Assembly (NCBI GenBank): GCA_046757685.1
Contig: JBHHYV010000004.1
Span: 1,403-65,402, forward strand
DNA length: 64,000 nt
DNA from: Myxococcota bacterium
GTDB lineage: Bacteria; Myxococcota_A; UBA9160; SZUA-336
Direction: 5' to 3'
The notes under the pieces were generated by a model. It was not told the DNA's origin. It made no database searches and was given only the letters and a program-made list of their open reading frames with translations. The stretch's first letter is position 1. Each line of letters opens with the position of its first letter. Below are positions 58,804 to 64,000 of this stretch, in pieces. The position numbers and the translations under genes were made by a program.

Positions 58804-59522
58804 CCGTCGCCCTCCCGGACTTCGCGGGAGCGGTGTACGTCGACGCGGCGGGCGATCTGTGCGGCGAGCGCCGCCATCTTGCCCGGGTCGACGCGAATGA
58901 AGAGGCCCTCCGACTCCGCGAGCAGGCGTCCCTCGGCGCGCAGCGTACCCGAGGTGAAGATCTTGCGGCCCTCGACTCGAAGGACGCTTCCCTCGAACTC
59001 CAGATCGGTGTAGAGCGGTGTCGGCCGGCGATAGTGCACGACCAGGCGACCCGTCATGCCCGGGTGCTCGGTCAGGGACTGGGTGTAGCCGAGCAGCTCG
59101 TCGAAAGCCGCGGCAATCATGCCGCCATGCACGTGGCCGGGCGGCCCTTCGTATGCGGCACCGTAGCGCGCGCGCCCGAGTACACGATCCCCCTCGACCC
59201 AGAGCTCGATGGGAGGCGCGATCGGATTCGAGCGTCCCAGGAGCGGACTCTGGTCGAAGAACTCGCCGACGTCTCCCGAGACCGAGCTCTCGCGAAAGAG
59301 CTGGTCCCAGGCGCCGCGTCGGGGGTGAGCGCGAAGGCGTTCCGCGAAGCGCTCGAGCGCATCCGCCGCGCGGGTGAGCTCGTCTTCGGGCGCCTCGCTG
59401 GTGACGAGGTGATCGATGACCTCGCGCATCGCGGCCGCCAGCCGGCGCCGGGCGGCCCAGGCCCCCGAGACCTCGCGCTGCGGGGCGCGGAAGCGCGCCT
59501 GGGCTCTCTCGTTGGTAGACAC
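58800..59522 (-). CDS. PaaI-family (hotdog) thioesterase with N-terminal helical extension
   Basis: SPLLGRSNPIAPP, YEGPPGHVHGG..AAFDELLG, YRRPTPL. Confidence 0.88.
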   Translation of the reverse strand: MSTNERAQARFRAPQREVSGAWAARRRLAAAMREVIDHLVTSEAPEDELTRAADALERFAERLRAHPRRGAWDQLFRESSVSGDVGEFFDQSPLLGRSNPIAPPIELWVEGDRVLGRARYGAAYEGPPGHVHGGMIAAAFDELLGYTQSLTEHPGMTGRLVVHYRRPTPLYTDLEFEGSVLRVEGRKIFTSGTLRAEGRLLAESEGLFIRVDPGKMAALAAQIARRVDVHRSREVREGDG

Positions 59523-59548
59523 TCGGTTCCTCCCGGAAGAAGGGCGGC

Positions 59549-60964
59549 TCAGACGCTCCCCTCCGGCCAGGCGGGGTGCCAGGGACGCTCGCGCTCGAAG
59601 GCGCGAGCCACCTGCAGCACGCGATCGTCGCGATGCCGCGGCCCCACGATCTGCATGCCGACGGGCAGTCCCGCGCGCGACATGCCCGCTCGCACGGTGG
59701 CAGCCGGGTGCCACGACAGGTTGAAGGGAATGGTGAACGTCGCAACGCTGGCTGTAGGCTGGCGGCGCCCCTCCGTCTCGGCGGGGAAGGGACCCTTCGC
59801 GGGCGGCGGGTCGTAGGGCACGGTCGGCGTGACCAGCACGTCGCAGTGCTCGAACACCTCCTCGCACCATCGAGAGAGGCTCGCCCGCTGGCGAAGCATG
59901 TCGCCGAGCTCTTCGGGCGTGACCTGCCACGCCAGCTTCACCCCGGCCAGAAAGGCGCGCCCGAACTCACTCTCGTGGTCGGGAAGATGGCGATGGAGCT
60001 GGGCAGCCAGCTCCAGGCTTCCCAGGCGTCCCCAGGCCCGGGCGAGGCCCGCGGGCGCGTCCGGGACCTGCGCGATCCGAGCGCCGAGCTTCTCGAAGAC
60101 TCCCACCGCATCGGACACGACCTCCGCGACGTCCGACTGCACCACACCAAAGCCCAGATCGGGGGACCAGCCGACCCGCAGGCCGCTCGCGTCGGGGACA
60201 CGCACCGCCTCGAGGTAGGAGATCCCGGGGTGCGGGAGCGAGTTGGGGTCGCCCGGAGAAGGCCCGACGACCTGGTCGAGGATCAGCGCCGCATCCTCGA
60301 CCGTCCGCGTCAGCGGTCCCGAGACCGCCGTGTCGCCAAGCGGCCAGAGCTCCGAGGGGCCCGCCGGGACCCGGCCGTACGAGACCTTCAAGCCGAAGGC
60401 CCCGGTGAAGCTCGCCGGGATCCGGATCGATCCCCCGCCGTCGCTGGCGGTGACCAGCGGCAGCATCCCCGACGCAAGCGCCGCGGCCGAGCCGCCACTC
60501 GATCCCCCCGGGGTACGCTCCAGGCTCCACGGGTTGCGGGTGACCCCGTAGACGCGGTTCTTGGTGAGCGCGGTGTAGCCGAACTCGGGAGCGTTGGTCT
60601 TTCCAACGACGATCGCCCCGGCGGCCTTGAGACGGGCCACCTGGGTCGTATCGCGGGTCGCCACGCGCTCGCGAAAGGGAACCGATCCCATCGAGGTCAC
60701 GAGTCCCACAGTGTCTTCCAGGTCCTTGACACCGAGCGGGATGCCCTCGAGCGGGCGCGCCTCGCCCTTGCCGATCCGCTCCTCCGCCGCTCGCGCGGCC
60801 GCGAGCAGCGCCTCGCGCTCGTGCATTGCGACCACCGCGTTGAGGGCGGGGTTGACCGAGTCGATGCGTTCCAATACGGCCTGCATCAGGTCGACGGGCG
60901 TCGCCTCACGAGCTCGAAGGCGCCCGCAGAGCTCGGTGAGAGTGAGAGTCAGCAGCTCTTGCAT
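59549..60964 (-). CDS. Amidase signature family protein
   Basis: PLGVKDL, GKTNAPEFG, PGGSSGGSAAA, SDGGGSIRIPAS, GLPVGMQIVG. Confidence 0.93.
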   Translation of the reverse strand: MQELLTLTLTELCGRLRAREATPVDLMQAVLERIDSVNPALNAVVAMHEREALLAAARAAEERIGKGEARPLEGIPLGVKDLEDTVGLVTSMGSVPFRERVATRDTTQVARLKAAGAIVVGKTNAPEFGYTALTKNRVYGVTRNPWSLERTPGGSSGGSAAALASGMLPLVTASDGGGSIRIPASFTGAFGLKVSYGRVPAGPSELWPLGDTAVSGPLTRTVEDAALILDQVVGPSPGDPNSLPHPGISYLEAVRVPDASGLRVGWSPDLGFGVVQSDVAEVVSDAVGVFEKLGARIAQVPDAPAGLARAWGRLGSLELAAQLHRHLPDHESEFGRAFLAGVKLAWQVTPEELGDMLRQRASLSRWCEEVFEHCDVLVTPTVPYDPPPAKGPFPAETEGRRQPTASVATFTIPFNLSWHPAATVRAGMSRAGLPVGMQIVGPRHRDDRVLQVARAFERERPWHPAWPEGSV

Positions 60965-61123
60965 GTCTGGGCCCTTCCTCGCTGGCACCATCATACCCTA
61001 CGGCGCTGGCCCGGACGCCGCAGCTCGGAGCTGCCTTGTGACTTGTCCGTGCAAGGACGAAGGAAGGGTGGGAAGTCTGCTAGCGTAGAGGGTAGGAGAC
61101 CGTCTCGAGCGGGGCGAAGAAGG

Positions 61124-62362
61124 ATGACCGGAAGCCGCCGACGATGGAAGCCGGAACGCCGCTGGGCCCGGGGGCTGCCCGCGCTGGCCATCCTACTCCT
61201 CAGCGCAGGCTCGTCTTCGGCCCAGACCTACGATCGGCTGCAGATCTCGAACCAGGCGAGCACGAACGGCATCTTCGATCCGTCCGTGGAGTACCTGCCC
61301 GACGGATCCGTCGGCTGGCTCTTCTACTCGTCGGTGGGCGGAGGCCTGACGCCGCCCCTCTGGGGGCCCGAGGTCTCTTCTCGCGTCGCCCGAACCACGG
61401 ATCACGGATCGACCTGGACGTTCGTCCAGGACATCAACGTGTCGGTTCCGGGTGTGGTGATGGTCCAGGGGAGTCCCGTGACGGGAGTCTGGAACACCGA
61501 GGTCACGAGCGTCACCTACGATCCCGATGACCCGAGCCGCGAGTGGAAGCTCTTCTCCCACCGACTCTTCCGAACCGACACGCCCCCCCACACCAACCTG
61601 GTCCAGTTCGGCTGGATCGTGCACCGCTGGGCCTCCGACCCGGCCGGCACCTGGTCCCCGGAGGTGGCTCTCTTCGGGTCGAGCTTCATCCCGGATCCCG
61701 CGCTCTTTCCGACGCAGGTGAACATCAACGCCCTGGATCCGAGCCTCAGTGGAATCCTGACGTACAGCGAGCCGGGAGCGTTCTACGCCGGCGGTGTCCT
61801 CTACCTGAGCCTCACGGGCCTCCTCGCGTCGGGCCCCGACCGCATCGTGCTGCTCGCCTCCGACGATCACGGCACGAGCTGGCGCTACGTCGGCGCGCCG
61901 GTCGTCAGCGACGTCGACATGCCGCCTCTCGGCTTCCTGTCCTTCACCGGGACGAGCATCGTCGCGCAAGCGGGACGGGTCTTCCTGATGGGAACGCCCG
62001 AGAGCCCCGCCCTCGAGCACGATGGAACGCTCGTCTTCGAGTTCGAGGATCTGACGACCGGAACCCTCAGGCGACAGGGCGGCCGCCTGGTCGTCGTCCG
62101 GCGCGTGCCCCCCCAGCCGGCACTCCTCTCCGTCGGGTTCGGAGGAGGTCAGGCCGACTTTCACGAGCAGAACACCGCAGGCGGAATCTTGATGCCCCAG
62201 CTGGATGTGGGGGCCCTTCCGGAGCTCTTCAAGATCTTCGAGACTCGAGTCAGCCCGCTCGACGTCGCACCGGTTCCTGCGCTCGGTCCCCTGCGATGGA
62301 TCGGGATCGGTCTCGTGCTCGCCGTGGGTGCGGTGGGTCTCCGCGGGGGCTCGAGGCGATAG
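61124..62362 (+). CDS. Secreted Asp-box (BNR) beta-propeller protein with IPTL/PEP-CTERM-like anchor
   Basis: Signal ..LLLSAGSSSA|Q; Asp boxes RTTDHGSTW and ASDDHGTSW; C-terminal VPALGP-TM-LRGGSRR. Confidence 0.78.
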   Translation: MTGSRRRWKPERRWARGLPALAILLLSAGSSSAQTYDRLQISNQASTNGIFDPSVEYLPDGSVGWLFYSSVGGGLTPPLWGPEVSSRVARTTDHGSTWTFVQDINVSVPGVVMVQGSPVTGVWNTEVTSVTYDPDDPSREWKLFSHRLFRTDTPPHTNLVQFGWIVHRWASDPAGTWSPEVALFGSSFIPDPALFPTQVNINALDPSLSGILTYSEPGAFYAGGVLYLSLTGLLASGPDRIVLLASDDHGTSWRYVGAPVVSDVDMPPLGFLSFTGTSIVAQAGRVFLMGTPESPALEHDGTLVFEFEDLTTGTLRRQGGRLVVVRRVPPQPALLSVGFGGGQADFHEQNTAGGILMPQLDVGALPELFKIFETRVSPLDVAPVPALGPLRWIGIGLVLAVGAVGLRGGSRR

Positions 62363-62420
62363 CGCGCTCCAGACCCGACCCGAGCGCAGGCGGCTCCCGG
62401 AAGCCGCGCGGGGCCCGCGC

Positions 62421-63341
62421 TCACGCCTTGGCGTGGATCTCCATGATCTCGTGCAGGAGATCGATCGCCTCCGACCTGGAGCGCTGAAAGGAGTTTCGCC
62501 CCACGATCGACCCAAAGCCGCCCCCCTCGGCGATGGCCCGGATCTCGTCGAGGACCTCGTCGCGTCCCTTGGCCGGCCCCCCGCTGAAGATCACGAGCCG
62601 GCGCCCGTTGAACGCGGACTGCACGACGTGGCGGACGCGGTCGGCGAGGGTCGAGATGGGGATCCCCTGGGCCTCGTACACCTTGCGCGCCGCCTCCAAC
62701 TCTACGTGCGCGCTCGGAGGCTTGACCTTGATCAGGTGGGCCCCCAGCTGGGCAGCGATCTGGGCGGCGTAGGCGATCACGTCGACCGCGGTCTCGCCCT
62801 CCTTCGACAGGCCCGAGCCCCGCGGGTACGACCAGACCACCACCGCCAGCCCCTTGCGGCGGGCCTCCTCGGAGAGCGCCCGAAGCTGCCCGTACATCTC
62901 GTTGCGGTGCGCCGATCCCGGATAGATCGTGAACCCGATCGCCGCACAGCCGAGCCGGAGCGCATCGTCGACGCTGCCGGTCACCGCCGGGCACGGATCG
63001 CTCGAGGAGTACAGGGAGTCGGAGCTGTTGAGCTTGAGAATCAGCGGCAGATCGCCGGCAAACTCGGCGGCCCCCGCCTCGAGAAAGCCGAGCGGCGCCG
63101 CGTAGGCGTTGCAGCCGGCCTCGATGGCCAGCTCGAAGTGGAAGCGCGGGTCGTAGGCCGGCGGGTTGGGCGCAAAGCTGCGGGCCGGACCGTGCTCGAA
63201 GCCCTGATCGACCGGCAGGATCACGAGCTTGCCGGATCCCGCCAGGCGGCCGTGGCTCATCAACCGCGCGAGGTTCGCGAGCGTCCCCGGAGTCTCGGAG
63301 GCGTACCAGCCCAGGATCTCCTTCACTCGTTTGCTCGTCAC
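62421..63341 (-). CDS. fbaB: Class I (DhnA/FbaB-type) fructose-bisphosphate aldolase
   Basis: ILPVDQGFEHGP, AAPLG, KLNSS, GFTIYPGS, WSYPRG, IKVK, FSGG, IVGRNSFQR. Confidence 0.95.
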   Translation of the reverse strand: MTSKRVKEILGWYASETPGTLANLARLMSHGRLAGSGKLVILPVDQGFEHGPARSFAPNPPAYDPRFHFELAIEAGCNAYAAPLGFLEAGAAEFAGDLPLILKLNSSDSLYSSSDPCPAVTGSVDDALRLGCAAIGFTIYPGSAHRNEMYGQLRALSEEARRKGLAVVVWSYPRGSGLSKEGETAVDVIAYAAQIAAQLGAHLIKVKPPSAHVELEAARKVYEAQGIPISTLADRVRHVVQSAFNGRRLVIFSGGPAKGRDEVLDEIRAIAEGGGFGSIVGRNSFQRSRSEAIDLLHEIMEIHAKA

Positions 63342-63496
63342 CGCTCTTCTCCCTCCGATTCGACCTCCCCTCCCCCGGGGATGGCGAATGTAGCTGATCG
63401 GGCCGCCTCTGCCTCGCGCCGCACGACGGCACCGGCGCGGCCGCGAGCGGGCCGTGTACACTCCCCAGCGACCCACGGGGAGGGGGAGGGCAGCGC

Positions 63497-64000
63497 ATGG
63501 CACAGGTCGAGGTCGAGCTCGAGAAGGGCGTGGCAACCCTGACGCTGAATCGTCCCGAGGCGCTCAACTCGCTCACCGGCGCGCTCCTCGCCGAGCTCGA
63601 CGCGGCGGTCGGCGATGTCGCGGCGCGGCCCGAGATCGGGGGGGTGCTGATCACCGGCGCGGGTCGGGCGTTCGCAGCCGGGGCCGACATCGACGAGATC
63701 TCGCAGCTCGATGCGACGCGCGGGCTCGAGTTCGCACGCCGCGGACAGCGGATCTTCTCGCGGATCGACGGCCTCGAGAAGCCGGTCGTCGCCGCGATCA
63801 ATGGCTATGCGCTCGGAGGAGGCTGCGAGCTCGCGATGGCCTGCCACGTGCGGCTGGCCTCGTCGCGAGCGAAGCTCGGCCAGCCGGAGGTCAAGCTCGG
63901 CATCCTCCCAGGCTTCGGGGGCACCCAGCGCCTGCCGCGCCTGGTCGGGCGTGGCCAGGCGGCTCGGCTGATCCTGTCGGGCCAGCCGATCTCGGCCGAG
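63497..64000 (+). CDS. Enoyl-CoA hydratase/crotonase (3'-truncated by window edge)
   Basis: ATG 63497 after RBS GGAGGG; TLNRPEALNSL, AFAAGADI, AAINGYALGGGCELAMACH, GQPEVKLGILPGFGGTQRLPRLVG. Not listed in the ORF track. Confidence 0.92.
   Translation, partial: MAQVEVELEKGVATLTLNRPEALNSLTGALLAELDAAVGDVAARPEIGGVLITGAGRAFAAGADIDEISQLDATRGLEFARRGQRIFSRIDGLEKPVVAAINGYALGGGCELAMACHVRLASSRAKLGQPEVKLGILPGFGGTQRLPRLVGRGQAARLILSGQPISAE

Noticed and set aside
1-64000. tRNA, rRNA, riboswitch, prophage, IS or defence systems
   Set aside because: No recognisable signatures by eye, and intergenic gaps are short. A covariance-model scan would be needed to exclude small RNAs.

Overview
High-GC bacterial chromosomal segment (roughly 70% GC by eye). 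The gene set and style suggest a Myxococcota/deltaproteobacterial lineage, which is inference. It is densely coding, with about 60 genes. I found no rRNA, tRNA, CRISPR array, integrase or transposase. Contents in order: 3' end of an Lhr helicase (frameshifted); an operon of HMG-CoA-synthase-like/DUF35 fusion, SCP2-type thiolase and molybdopterin oxidoreductase; miaE, sppA, hslO, lutABC, sucA, hisS, a chlamydial/plastid-type fabI and pdxH; a redoxin selenoprotein that the ORF track splits at an in-frame UGA (motif ASW-U-GC, with an fdhF-like SECIS hairpin); an aromatic-rich type IV pilin next to a secreted (SSK)n peptide; a complete phoBR-porin-pstSCAB-phoU locus with a four-repeat PHO box; a PaaX-like regulator coupled to a desaturase, with a wide-spaced palindromic operator; hemN with a sigma-54-like promoter; an acyclic terpene utilisation (atu)-like cluster; hpnB; a small decayed islet (internally deleted APC permease, DUF4336 pseudogene); acyl-CoA ligases, an amidase, an exosortase-type surface protein, fbaB and the start of a crotonase. 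Start codons were re-chosen by eye and all product calls come from motif recognition, not database searches.
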